This document shows, piece by piece, positions 25,204 to 38,430 of a stretch of 64,000 bases of DNA; the stretch's first letter is position 1, and every line of letters begins with the position of its first letter. The notes under the pieces were generated by a model. The model was not told where the DNA came from. It made no database searches and worked only from the letters and a program-made list of their open reading frames with translations. The stretch spans positions 1 to 64,000 of the forward strand of contig JAQGDQ010000889.1 in assembly GCA_030141605.1 (NCBI GenBank), read 5' to 3'. Made by a program: the position numbers and the translations under genes. Source of the stretch: Tubiluchus corallicola. Lineage: Eukaryota; Animalia; Priapulida.

Positions 25204-25936
25204 GGCACTGGTGCACATAATGGTGTACTTGAAATTTTCTCACTCATTACATTCATTTCAAGTTTCATGTGTGCAACTGCTGAAAATTTTCATGGAAACA
25301 TCAAACTAGCTTGGACCAGAATATATGTACATAATTATGACATCAGTACATCTGACTGCTGAACAATGGTGATCTGAGCAAAATTACTGTGGCACTGTTC
25401 ACAAAACTCAATGTCATTTGCAATGCCTGGGAGTTTTACAATGGTCAGAATCCGACGAAACTATTACATCCCCAGATGTCGGAAGTTGACTCCAACAGTC
25501 GGAACCTTAGCAAAATACAATGTCCACAGATGTACAGATGTTAGAATATATATATATATATATATAATATTGTTGTGTAGGACGGAATATAACTATTTTG
25601 CTGTGGGGGTTCTTTGAGAGTACAACAATAACAAGTAATAATACAGAACAAAATATTATTGTGATACCAAAGCATTAATGCATGCACTCCAGTTGCTGAA
25701 TCATTGGTATATCCAATAAAGGTGTAAAATAATAAAAGTCTTGTACATTTTGCAATAATTAGAGACACTGAGAGATCGTGATGAATTTCAAGATCTGCAA
25801 TACATCTTTCGAATGTTTCACAAACTTGTCTTTTGGATATTAATTAATTGACATATACAAAATTTAAAATACTGTTTTGGTTTTATCGTACAAATTTGAT
25901 CTTATCTATAATTTTTATACATAGTCATCGCATATA

Positions 25937-25980
<44 letters not shown>

Positions 25981-28024
25981 AATCACGATATATACAAATG
26001 ATAAATACTTATTGTTACTATTATAATGATGAAAAATGATAATAATTATATATACATGATAAATCATCTCATATATAAAATAAATTAATAGTTTGCAATA
26101 TATTGACATCTGTAGCCTTTATCCTTTTGTTTCATTTATGTTTTCTTCTTAATTGACGATTAGTTGATTGTGATATTAGTCAATGATTTGCACCACATTT
26201 AAGTTTTTTACATGATCTTAACTAATTTACTGTAAAGTAATCTGCAGCATTTTTAATATTTTTGCGATTTCACTTTTACTAACGCGTGAATCATAATGGA
26301 AACATGGAGTGTCTTTTTTATGTGTCCAAGGAAAAAATAAATTTTCATTCTATGGCTTGGCCTTTCCTTTAACGTTCTGTATGTAAATATTAAAGGAATT
26401 TGACGTCCCCAACTTGCAGTTGTTAGGGTCTAAGAAACGTCAAACATAAACCTATTACATTTGTAATTTTCTACTAAAAGTAAAAAAATTCAAGCAGTTA
26501 TATCACCCATGTTAGATGAATTTAATGGAGAAGCGTCATGTTCACAGAAGCCAGGTCACTTATATTCTTGTGAGCTAAAAAAGTGTTGCCTTTGCAGGTG
26601 AGTTTTAAAGTTGTTATTATGTTAATGTAAAGTCTCTGCAGAATTGAACTGTGGAAAGTTGAAATCACGTTTTTGTAGGGAAAGTAGTTACTGCATTTCG
26701 AGTTTGTTTCAGTAATTATCCTACGGTGCCCTAGTAACTGTTTGCTAAGTTGCGATCGCAGTAATTACCACCATTATGCAATGGCAACTTTAGAAACTAC
26801 ATTAATACTACGTGGTGATTTGGTTAGGGGACGCTTCTATATTTGTGGAAAGTTAAAAGAAGAACCTTGGACAAGGAAAATAAAATTAATAGACACCGTT
26901 TAAGATGGATTTACGCATATATCATTTCAGCACTGATCCTTAGAAATAAATCCACTTGGGCTTCTACAGCGAGTGGGGAGTGCTGGCACTGGGAGGTGAA
27001 CAGAATCATGTCCCTGGACGTATGATTCATCAGATATTATAGATTATTATAGCGTGTGGGCTGGCTCACCAACAAAAACAAGTTATCAACTACCGGCATC
27101 AACTAATGCATTCTAGTAACTATACTAATGTAAAAATTAATCACGTAATTTATTACTCATTGTGTAGCAATTCTATTTATAGTTTTATTTTTGTTCTAAA
27201 TTTTGTATTGAATATATATTTTTATAATGTGTTGCATGTATGTGTATATATGTGGGTTATTTGATAAAATCAAACAACTGATGAAAATGAAGTTACTCCT
27301 GTGTACAACAATCTACTGCCTGTCTTACTAGGTACTTTACATTTTAACTAGCCGCTTGGCCTTAGTTTTATGACTTTCACTTTAAAACTGACGTGTTTTC
27401 ATAATCTTAATTGAGTAGTTCTAACAGGGTTATTCCAAAAGTGGTTCATGTCTTAGTTTACAGGATAAGATACATATTCACAATTATACGATAGTAAAAA
27501 TATATAAGATAAGATTAGGTAATAGAATGTTCTCATTTTCTATGAGGGTCATCAATTTGATTTCGTTGAATTTGCATCGACTGATTAACTAACTTTTACC
27601 CTTCCTAATGTAATAACTTATTTAAGTCACTGGTCAAACATGATCCAAGTGTCTATGGTTAGCGACCTATTGTAAACTAAAATCATTCAGTTCAACTTAT
27701 TGAGACCTTTCACATTTATACTGGAATGTCAGTCTTCTCTCTCATGATTGGTAATCACTGATTGATCTTTCATAGATATTATTTTTTATTGCAAATATAG
27801 ATACCTTCACGTTCACCTGGGATTTACACTAAATAATAAGTGTGCAAATACAGGTAGGGCCTGCATAAGATAACACTAACGTTCAGCACATTGCGTCCAA
27901 AGTTTAGGTAACCAACTGTGTTTGTTAAAACTTATTATGACAGGTGCTTGTCATTAAATGACAGGTATTTTTTTGGTAAATTACCATGCACTACGTCTGC
28001 TTAAAGACCCCTCCCCCCATAAAT

Positions 28025-28303
28025 CAGGGGTGCGCAAATTGCGGCCCGCGAAGAGATTTGTCAACTTAATGAAGATGCGGCTGGGCGATGAATTGGGTGC
28101 ATTCAGCTGAAGTCCGTGCCACGATCGCAAAGATAGTGCGGGCAGTTTTTTTCCACTAGATCGGATGGCATTAACCCTTACAAGACGGTTGTCGTGAAAG
28201 TAGAAATATATGGTTTGTAATATAAATTTTAATAACTTCTAAAATAGTTTCTTGAGTGTAGTAGTAATTATGTGCGCAGATCGGATGCAAAAAATCGTTA
28301 TTA
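28025..28303 (+). mobile_element. hAT MITE family A, 3'-truncated
   Basis: CAGGGGTGCGCAAATTGCGGCCCGC start and internal homology; no right TIR. Confidence 0.85.
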
Positions 28304-30996
28304 GAATGCTTTGCTTAAAAATGTAAAAGAAATTTAAACATTTTTATCTCCCGCCAAGCGAACGTAGCTGCCCGCATATTTAAAAAAATAGGGTAAGCTG
28401 GTGTCTGCTGGGCAGCGTGGAGGCAAGCTGTGATGAAGGTACCCGTTGAGAAATTTCTACAGTTGAGTCAGAAGTTCAGTTATTCTGGCATTGTATTTAA
28501 CTGTGCTTATGTAAAAATTGGTCATTTGATGATTTATAACCAAGATTAAAGTGGTTTAACCCACACAGCTTTAATCCACAGGATTATACCGTAAAATGTG
28601 TAAATAGTATACATTAATTGCATATATGTAATTAATTTACAGACTTTTGGTGACTTTCAGGTACTTATGTAACTTTGCGAGCATACAGTAGGTACCAGGT
28701 GGGTTACTTAGTTTATAGAGATCGCTCTATAAGTCAAAAAAAGATTGTTGAAGCACTTGGCAGAATAACTGTTTATATCGCATGGTAACCAGATGACGCC
28801 ATTTTTCACCAAAACGAGAGTGCCCAAACGTGAAGTGATCACGATTTTTATTGGCAATTATTAATTACACGAGGTGCTTATCACAATTTCATTGATAAAA
28901 CTTTTTAAAAATTTTCTCAAATATTAGACTAAGCTCAACTTCTCAAGAGACTTGGCTTTTGCGTTCAGGGGTAATTTAATTCTAGAACTGAACAATTTTT
29001 GCCTTTAGTTTGTATGTAACTGGTGATTAGCTGACACTGTTCCGGCTTTTGTTTGCATAATGTACAAAAGCCATATATTGAAAACGATTTAAAATTTATA
29101 AACTCGTTACTTTCACAGCCAACAGCTAATGTAATGTAATGTCATGCTGTGAAACCTCGATTTTGCAATGCACTTGCTTCTAATACTATTACAGTCGAAA
29201 CTTCGGCCATTTTTTTCTGTTCCGCGCGATATGAAAATATAACAAAGCATTGGATTTACGCTTATCAGTTTCAAACAAATATGTAATTGGAAAATTCCTA
29301 GCAATTTAACTGGCATGTGAGCACAAAAAGTGAAATTTTGGTGTAAGGGAAGCGTAATGTAGGCAGTTATGGTACATGTATTGCTAATTAAAAGAAAGGA
29401 CAAGCCACTTGGTATATTGTGCTAATTTTACTATTGTGACTTAAACGTAGAAAAGTATAACAAAGAAATTTCCCAAAAATCAGCCTGTAAAGCTTAAAAT
29501 GAAATTACACTACTAGTGTTCAGTTGAAGATTATGGCCTGACTGGTGAACACCATGGCTTTTCCGCAGGCATGCTCTATATAAATTAAATCAAATTTCTG
29601 CGGCTTACCTAATGTTTATGCAAAATGCAAAATTAGCTATCAAATTTTTTTGCAAAAAAAAAACTTGTACTTTTGACGGAAATTGATAGTAAAATGCCAT
29701 TCTTCAGCTGATGAAATGCGCAAGCATGAAATTATCACGATTTTAAATTGACTTTACACTTTACACGAGATGCTTTTCACAATTTTATTATTAAATCCTT
29801 CTGACATTTTTTACCAGAATAGAAATACGGTCCCAGAGGGCGTGCATTTCCTTTGACTCTCTGTACGAAATTATTCGAGGAATTTGAGGTCCCCAACTTG
29901 CAGTTGTCAGAGAGTCTAAGAAACATCAAACATAAATTTATTACATTTGTAGTTTTCCACCAAATGTGAGAAAATTTTCAACAATTTTTCTACTTGTAGA
30001 CAGGTGCAGAACATTACAAAACGCACAAAATAAATACACAGAAAGAGATGCGTGACATTATGCAGTAGTGGCCAAAGTTATTTGGTTAAGCAACAAGATT
30101 ATTGATAAGGCTGAGGCAGGTTGTAGCAAAGATAATTTTCTAGCAAACATTACCAAAGTTCTAAGATGACAGAAATAAGGTAAATAAGACAGATGACTTT
30201 GATATTTTATGCTAGCAAAAACACTACAATTATATTGAACTTTGAATGTACGACCAACTCAGACTTTCATATCACCAGTTTAGATGAAATCGATTTAGAA
30301 ACAACGTCTCTCAAGGAAATACATAGTCTTGTGATCGAAAAGGTGTTGTCTTATAAGGTAGGTTTTGAAATTGTTAGCACGATAATGCAAAGTCTTTGCA
30401 GATTTGTTTTGTCGAGATAAAGTTTTTGTTGAAATGTAATTAATGCCTTTAGGGTTGTTCCAGAAATTATCCTTCTTCCGTCATGGTAATTGTTAAAAGG
30501 AGGAAATGGCAATAACTATTGTCGCTGTCATGCTATTGTAGCTCTAGAAACTGCACTGATATTTCATTAATGATTTGGATTGGTGTGAGCTGCTATGTTT
30601 GTGGAGAGTTATTAGATTACTATAACATGTTGGCTGCTTGTCATGATTGATTGCCGGATCATCAAATTATAGAAACAAATTATCGGCTCCGTCGAGTAAT
30701 GTATTCTAGTAGCTTTCGTAATGCAATAATGAATAATACAATTTATTATTCATTGTGTAACATATACTTCTGTTTTATACTAAATTTACATTGAATACAT
30801 ATTTTTGCATTGTGCTGCATGTGTGCGTATAGCAATTCAATTTTATTTTGTAAAACAGGTGAAAATAGACGGTGCGTTAGCTGATTCTAAATTAGGTGCT
30901 GTAAAAGTGATTTTAATTATACGTGTAATAATAACAAATAATAATTAGCATTATCTGTTTTTCAGTTACACCTGGTTATTATTTCAGCATAGAATC

Positions 30997-31293
30997 ATGA
31001 CAGACATGCGTGACACAGAAGATACAGATATGAAGCCACCTTCGTATACTCCTACAGCAACTCCACAAGCAGTACCTGCCACAGGCCAAACTCCACAAGT
31101 TGTGTTTGCACCAATTTCTGCTCCTCAAGGAGGATTTGCGCCTGAAGGAGTCCTTACAGCAAGCTATGCACCTCAGATAGTATACCAAGCACCACCAAAT
31201 CAGCTTCAAGTACCTTTCACACAAGTCAATTTGTCAACTGTCCACCAGCCACAGTTCAACGAAAAACGCGTATTAATTCTTTCTCTTGTGCAG
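30997..31293 (+). CDS. MS4A/CD20-like four-TM protein, coding exon 1 (P/Q-rich N-terminus with PPSY)
   Basis: ATG 30997 after acceptor-like TTTCAG; 99 codons ending ...VLILSLVQ|GTATCA (phase 0). Confidence 0.85.
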
Positions 31294-31726
31294 GTATCAA
31301 CATTTTTGTGACTTTGTGTTAAAATGGTAGTTTCAATTGCTGTAATTAAAATAGTACATAGATTGATTGTTTTATGCCTGAATAAAAGGAGTTAGGGTAA
31401 AAGAAACAAGTTCCTGGACAAGCTCAATAGCCACTTAATGTAAGAGATTTCAGTGAGTAAAAACACATTTCAAATGACATACAATTCACAAAGTAGTGAC
31501 AGGAGATATCTCTTGCCGTTTTTCTTGAATTGGGTGAGACTGTAAGACTTTTCAGAGAGTTTCTTCGAGGTCTCATGCCAGACGAGTTTGGCGTTGGGAT
31601 GAGTGGTTAGGGCATCAATTTTCGTAGCCTTGGTACCCAAGAAGGACAGGTGATTTGCGTATGAAATCCAGTTAGTGAAGTAAATTTAGTTTAGTTAGTA
31701 ACTAAACTTAGTTTCTGTTTTTGTAG

Positions 31727-32266
31727 GTTCTGTGTGGCTGTATTGCACTTATCGCGGAAATAATAATAATAACGACTGACCCTTGCTGGCAGCCCGAGAC
31801 CACTGGTGCTGGCATTTGGTGCGGATTTTTCTTCATTATTGCTGGAGGCTTAGGTCTCTGTGCAGCTGGGACCAGCCAAAAAAAGAAATGCTTGATCATT
31901 TCTTTCATGGTGTTAAGTATTCTTGCTGCCGCCGTATTTGCAGCCATTCTTATAAGTTTAGCTGGTAGTTACTTAGATACATATGGTAGAGAATGTAAGG
32001 CTGCTTACTGGACCCAAATAGCATCAGCGTCTCTAGAAATGCTTGCTTCTATTTGGTCTGCGTCCCTTTGCTGCAAGGCAGTTTGTTGCGGAGCAGTAAG
32101 TAATCCAGGAGTTGTATATTATGCACCTGGTCAACAAAGTGGAGTTTTGGTTACACCAGGAGTGCAAGTTCAGCAGCAAACACAGTTCCAAGGACAGCAG
32201 CCTACAGGAGGGCAAGTGGTTCAGCCTCTTTATGCGTATGGTACGACAGTGCCAAATATGCAGTAG
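31727..32266 (+). CDS. MS4A/CD20-like four-TM protein, coding exon 2 (278 aa total)
   Basis: Acceptor TTTTTGTAG at 31726; VLCGCIALIAE...GAGIWCGFFFIIAGGLG...CLIISFMVLSILAA...LEMLASIWSASLCCKAVCC is the CD20/MS4A-type TM pattern. Confidence 0.88.
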   Translation, partial: VLCGCIALIAEIIIITTDPCWQPETTGAGIWCGFFFIIAGGLGLCAAGTSQKKKCLIISFMVLSILAAAVFAAILISLAGSYLDTYGRECKAAYWTQIASASLEMLASIWSASLCCKAVCCGAVSNPGVVYYAPGQQSGVLVTPGVQVQQQTQFQGQQPTGGQVVQPLYAYGTTVPNMQ

Positions 32267-33171
32267 GAAACATGATAAATAGCTAATTATTGGAGAGCAC
32301 TTTTAAAAATACAGTTTTGTATCTTGATATTGCTCGTATACATCTTATATGTATTGATAAAGCAGCGAAGAAACTGTAATATTGAATAATAATTTAAATG
32401 TTGATTTTAATGCTGTTTTTGTTGTTATTTGTTGTTAAAACTGTTACAGTGGAATAAGTTAGGTGCAGAAATTATTATGGAGTGACCTAAGCCTATGGAA
32501 ATTCAAAATGCTAGATCAGAAAGTAAGCTAAAGACTATTCACTGACTTTTATCAGTCTAACTGATCGATTTTGTGACTAAAATGAATCTCCCTGAATCGT
32601 TCGTTATTTTAACTCAGATTCTCGTGATAGTACGAAAATTTGTTCAGTTGGTTTAGGTCATCAATCGATCTTGGTGCCTTAATATCATCAGTATCGATAC
32701 TGTCAATTATCATTATTATTACCTATCCGTTATTATCGTCACCATTATAACCATCATGTAGCTGTCATTGCTAATATCGCCAACATTGTCGTCATAATTA
32801 ACATTACTAGCATATTTACTTTTTATTTGTTCACTTATTAGTTTTCTGCGCTGTTCTGAATTCTGTTCATCTGCTGTAGCTAAGTCATATGCAATTCATG
32901 TTTGATGTACCTTGAAGCTTTTACTGAATTTTCTTGAGCTAAACTCATAGCACTCAGTGTAGAAGCATGTCAAACTTATAAACAGAATATTGAAATTGTA
33001 ATTCTATTGGTTATACTGAATAGATAATGAAGTAAATGCAAAAATGCTTTACATAATTTTATTATTTGTTTCTCACGCGTTTAATGTTTCTAAACTGCAG
33101 ATAAGCAGCAAATTTCCCCGAATGCAGCAAACATCATTGATCTATTGGCCTTTTGAGTTTAGACCATTGAA

Positions 33172-33840
33172 AGCGCAAGAAAACCCTTCATAAACAAAAA
33201 GCTTAAAAATTTGTCTTGAAATTTTATGTCACTTACATACCGCCTTTTTGCATGCAGGACATCAATTGGCAGTAACGCTATGTAAAACATGTAAATATAA
33301 ACTCCCGAGATGACCATTAGACGCAGCCAATTTGACAACAAATCATTTGAAACAAGTTCACATAACACTTAGTAAAGTTGGAAAACATCAAAACATCAGA
33401 TCATTCGCAGCATACACGTCACTTTTAAATTACTGTATCTTGTCAAAAAGATTAAAAATACGTTTTTGGCTAGTGAGTGGCGCACATTAGTGGTGAGTCA
33501 GCAATATTTTACCAATTCGTGAAAACATTTTAAATAATTAAAAATTTTCTTTTCTAGTTACATAAGTCTTTCTAGCAGGTAAGCAAAAAGCTAAGTAATA
33601 TAGATTTGCATGGAAGCTTTTTTGCTACATAATTTAGCATGGCCCTTTTCTTCCCCTGATTAGGTGACGTCATGTAATAGCGCCATTGAGAACAAAAGAG
33701 TATTGCGGGAAATTTAAAATGAAGACAAACAAAAATTCCTTTCAATGCGAGTATGATATATGCATAAAATTGCCATAAAGTAATATAACTTTTTAAGGCG
33801 ATTTTTCTGAAATTTACTTCAGGTACCTCCTTTCTTGTCT
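33172..33840. mobile_element. Kolobok-like non-autonomous element, copy 2
   Basis: AGCGCAAGAAAACCC ... TTTCTTGTCT|TTAA; colinear with 12073-12746. Confidence 0.68.
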
Positions 33841-34994
33841 TTAAGCTTGCTAATGACTGAGGGATTAACAAGGTACAGATTTTTTGCCAACAGCAATATG
33901 ACATCGAGATCAGTACTTTAAGTGGTCAAAACCTGGAACAGAGACTACGATAAAACTAGAGAGCCAGTTGCTATCATTATTGCTTATCATTACAACTCTG
34001 GTGCCGGCTAACACTGTTATTATTATTATACTTACTTATTATTACTGCACATGACTCTGCAGTTAGGGAGAATAATTCTATTAAATATCTCAAATATCAC
34101 GTACGTTAATTTTACATTTACTTAAATACCAATTACGTTTGGTATTTTCCAGTTACTGTCAAGTACTGAAGTCGATGTCGTATTGCTGTTGGTGTAAATT
34201 CCTTCATATGTATAAAGCCTAATCCAAGAAATAGCTGCGGTCCACTATTGAAAAGCGTGCAATTACCCAGGAATTACCTTTTTACTTCTCTCAGGCGAGC
34301 TTCTTGAACTGCTAATATTGATGATGCATTAACAAGTTTTTGCTAAGCATTTAAATTTGAAAATTAAACATTCAGCTTCGCACATACGTTGTTGCAATTT
34401 TAACGTTATTTTCAAATTTCATGATCAAGCTATCGCATGAGTCAAATATTCCAAATAGATGAATAATAATTAAAAATGTTGAAAAACGTCTCCGGGTGGT
34501 GATATGACACATAAGGCATATGCTGTTGTTACACTACTTTAAGAAGACCGCAAATTGCACAAATTACAGATTTCTGTTAAGACTTGGTCGTAAAACATTT
34601 GCTTTCAAAATTTTAAATGTCAATGATTTTACTTTTACATCTTCTTCTATTTTTAATATTATAGGCATCTAGACTACTTCCAACTACCAGAAAAGATGAG
34701 CTTGATGCATCGCAGGAAAGAATTCTCAGCACCAACAAGTAAAAGCAACAGACAATATAACTTTCAAAAGAAAGCCAGCGGTTTGTCAGAGCCGTTTCCG
34801 AATCAAGTGGCAATGTCATCTAAATAATTATTGGACAGGCTATGCAGCAATAGAGTTAAATTTGTTAATAGGTAGTTAGGTACCATTACTCTTTATCTAA
34901 TTTTCTAAATTATCGGATGCTGATGGATAAGCATATAATTATAAATATTTATCAGATTGGGTCATGATGATGCTATGCAGAAACTGTAACAAGA

Positions 34995-35085
34995 CGGACC
35001 ATGGCGGAGGGAATTGTAATCGGTGCACCAATTTTAACAGCATGCGCAGATTGCACCAGGACTAAAACGCATGCGCATCAGCGAA
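34995..35085 (+). promoter_or_regulatory. Probable YAF2/RYBP promoter with NRF1-like and YY1-like motifs
   Basis: Locally CpG-rich; CCATGGCGG at about 34999, GCATGCGCA at 35040 and CGCATGCGCA at 35068, 150-230 bp upstream of the ATG. Confidence 0.45.
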
Positions 35086-35233
35086 GTTCACTTGCTGTAG
35101 AAAAGGTCATTGGCGTTGTTACAAGTTTTTTGGTGGTGCCAAGTATCAAGAATCGTATTTTTTATTTTTATTTTCATTACATCAATTCTGTAATTGGATG
35201 ACTGTAATTCTGTAGGCTTTTGGATGACTGTTC

Positions 35234-35259
35234 ATGGAGACTAAGAAGAGCCCAAGTCG
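35234..35259 (+). CDS. YAF2: YAF2/RYBP coding exon 1 (METKKSPSR)
   Basis: Matches the vertebrate YAF2 start MGDKKSPTR; followed by donor GTAAGA in phase 2. Confidence 0.85.
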
Positions 35260-36944
35260 GTAAGAAATACTCATTTTATTTATCTCCATGTGTGATTGTG
35301 TATCAAACGAAACTTATTTTCACAATAAAAGTAGAACATCATTCACGAAAATTTATAAATTAGGTAAAACAGTAGTGCTTATGGAGTTACTTAAAGAAAA
35401 AACGAAGTGCTTTCGTGCTTCCGCAGTATCCTCTCTGCTAAATAGCAGGCACTCAAGTGCAAGATACAATACACTGAATCACTTTTCCAATTAATCGCTT
35501 CTAAATATTTGACGCTTGTTGAAATAGCTCACCTAGTCTGGTATAGCTTAATTACAAAAAAGTACTGAGACAGAGTTAGAAATAAATTTAATTCCACCAA
35601 GATATTGTTAGTATTACTTTCTTAGAGATGTTTGAAAACGAATGTCAGTCATTGAACCCACAAATTGCTGATTAAGTCGTCATATTAGTGTAGGGGACAG
35701 GTATCTAAATTTCTCCCTTTTTCTGTTTGTCAGTATGCACCTTTTCAACTGAGAATATATTTGTCCCCGTTTCAGTCATTGTTTATCATTAGTATTCTTT
35801 TTGGTGTAAATTTTCTTAAAGTGAATGAAACCAATACATGAATTTGTTTTGATGTCTTGAAGTTAGACACTTCTACTAACTATATAAGCATTCATTTAAA
35901 GTAATGCCCATCTAGAACTCTGTTAGATTGGCATCTAAATGAAAAATGGCTTGTGTAGGGCGCTGAGTAAGCCATTAGCCGAAGTAGGACACTTGCGCTA
36001 AATTAGCTGAAATCTAGTGCCGTTTGTGGGCAGGCCAAGTAGCAGGGCACTGGCGATTTCTCTCACTCTTTTAACTTTGTATCGAGAATTTTGTCAAATT
36101 TGTAAAAATCCTGTGAAAGTTTCTTCATTTTATCATAAATTGTGCTTGTTGGCTCTGAGTTGCCGTCTGTTTGACGCCATACTGGGCCGCGTATACACAC
36201 AATTCTGTTCACCAAATCGGCCAGCAAACTGACATCAATAAAAAGCGCCAGTTTGCAAGATCAAAACTACGTATTATGTTCATTTTGTGCACATAATTTT
36301 CTTTTTCACCAGTCAACAATGTAACAATTAGTTTTACTGTTTACTCGTCCTTCATTACACCTTTAGCTGTAACATTCACTTCGAAACATTCACATTCACT
36401 ACAGTTAACAAATCTAGTCTACACACCTACCTTTAGTGTCCTACTTGGGCAGCCCATGTATGACGCGTCCTACTTCAGCTAGTGTCCAACAGTGCAAGCT
36501 TCGGATACCATGCATTGTTCTGCAGTGCACTTCTGACACCTTATGTGTATCATTCATATCCAGAAAGTATCCAATTCCTCCGATCCTTCTGTATGTTGCC
36601 GTAAGCAGTGCACGGATATTTTTAAGAAAATAGTGTATGGACAAACTTGTATAGACGCACACCACATTACTCTTCACAGAGCCAAATAATTGTTGTTCAG
36701 TTTGCTGAACTGATTTCATATACATGTCTAAACAAAGAGTAGTTTGTTTAAAAAGTTCTGTTAGTATGCTTGAGTTTTGGTTTGTTTCTAACAACACTTT
36801 CTTGATTGCCACTTTTATGTAGATTACTAACATTTTTAACCTCTTGACGTTAATTTATAAAAGCACCAAGTCACCAATTAATTTTCTTCATTGTTTTATT
36901 AACAAATTTTTTCGAGCATAGACTAGTTTGTGTTTCACTTACAG

Positions 36945-37220
36945 TCGTTTGGACAGATCGCCGCCTCTTTTACGCCGAGAAAACCGCTCACGGTCGCATT
37001 CTCTCGATCGCGGGCGCGAACCGTCCCGTGAACGGGAACGTCGTGCACGAGAACGAGAACGCATTCGCAGCAGGCTGGAACAGGAGAGCCAACGCAATGC
37101 CAGCCCACTGCGGGAAGAAAGCACTAGTAGCAAAACTGAAGGAGGTGGTCGCACACGTGAAAATAGCACCTCTTCCTCGTCCTCGACGGGTTTGAGCTCC
37201 ACCTCTGCGCCCTCATCGAG
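36945..37220 (+). CDS. YAF2: YAF2/RYBP extra exon, RS/RE-rich, 92 codons, phase 2-2
   Basis: Acceptor TTTCACTTACAG, donor AG|GTTTGT, GC-rich open frame compatible with the flanking exons (RLDRSPPLLRRENRSRSHSLDRGREPSRERERR...). Confidence 0.72.
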
Positions 37221-37357
37221 GTTTGTTCGGTGTTGTGAACTGTTAGGATTGTAAAGCTTTGTGACTTTGTTATCTGCATGCTTGATTACTTGAGTTTTAC
37301 CTCATTTTCAGTTTGTACAGCTCTTTATAGTACAACTAAGTAACAAAGTTGCTATAC

Positions 37358-37821
37358 CAGGGGTGTGCAAAGTGCGGCCCGCGGGCCACTTGCGGCCCAC
37401 CGAGAGATTTTGTGCGGCCCGGGCGATTAATTGAGTATATCCAGCTGAAGTCCGTGCCATGATCCCAAAGATAGTGCGGGTAGTTCTTTCTACTAGATCG
37501 GATGCCATTAACCCTTACAAGACGGTTGTAGCTTAATAACACTGTACTACACAGACTGTGTGATACACATTACTAATATGCATTGTAATGAAATTACCAC
37601 TATCTGTCCTGAAAGTAGAAATATATGGTTTGTAATATAAATTTTAATAACTTCTAAAGTAGTTTCTTGAGTGTAGTAGTAATGATGTACGCAGGTCAGA
37701 TGCAAAAAAATCGTTATTAGGCCTTTCTGTACTTGGCTCCTTGATCAAACTGCCTGTGGTCTGCAGAAATTGCGGGAAAGTTTAATGTGGCCCGGCTAGT
37801 CAGATAATTTGCACACCCCTG
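37358..37821 (+). mobile_element. hAT MITE, family A (intronic)
   Basis: Full TIRs; perfect TSD TGCTATAC. Confidence 0.93.
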
Positions 37822-38037
37822 TGCTATACCGTAAAGCCTTGTTTCCGCAGTGGCGTAGCTAAAGCTTGACGTGCAGCCTCGAGCGACACTTGAATTTGCT
37901 CCCGACCCTCTACGCACGCAAAAATACAAAAGTAATATACATTATACGAACTTGAACTGAAAAAAATTAGGAGTATATTTGTTTGCACAAGGAAAAATAC
38001 CTAGGGCCTACAAGTTTTACAAAGCTATTATTTTTCT

Positions 38038-38430
38038 TATATATATATATATATGTTTATTGACTGATTAAGAGATAGTCGAACTTGATATTTTGGTTCA
38101 GTCCATAGATCACTACAAAAAAGACTTTTGATCATATAACATGATCATTACTGTCAAAAAATAACTGAAGAATTATTTACAAATTCTCACTACACACTTA
38201 TTATCGCCTAACGTGATCATTACTGTCCAAAAACAGCTAAAGAGTTATTTACAAATTCACAATATGACATTGGGTTTCCATTGAAAAATTCATGCAGATC
38301 ATTGAAGTTCAGTTCAGTGTTATCTTCACGAAGGTGATTCGTAAGTGGACAAAAACAGATAACATGCTCTTCTGTTTGAATGTTTAAGCCAGGACAGGAG
38401 CATAGCCTGCCTTCTCTTTTTATCCTTGCA
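38038..38430 (-). mobile_element. LINE 3' end with C-terminal CCHC-like motif and (TA)n tail
   Basis: REGRLCSCPGLNIQTEEHVICFCPLTNHLR; AATAAA then (TA)n on the minus strand at about 38060-38038. Confidence 0.75.

Noticed and set aside
24957-25362. His-Thr / Val-Cys ORFs
   Set aside because: Translations of a (TG)n microsatellite.
29700-29750. Hammerhead-like CTGATGA-AATGCGCAAGCAT-GAAA
   Set aside because: Stem II is plausible but stems I and III and the cleavage triplet do not pair; the related copy at about 28800 lacks the core.
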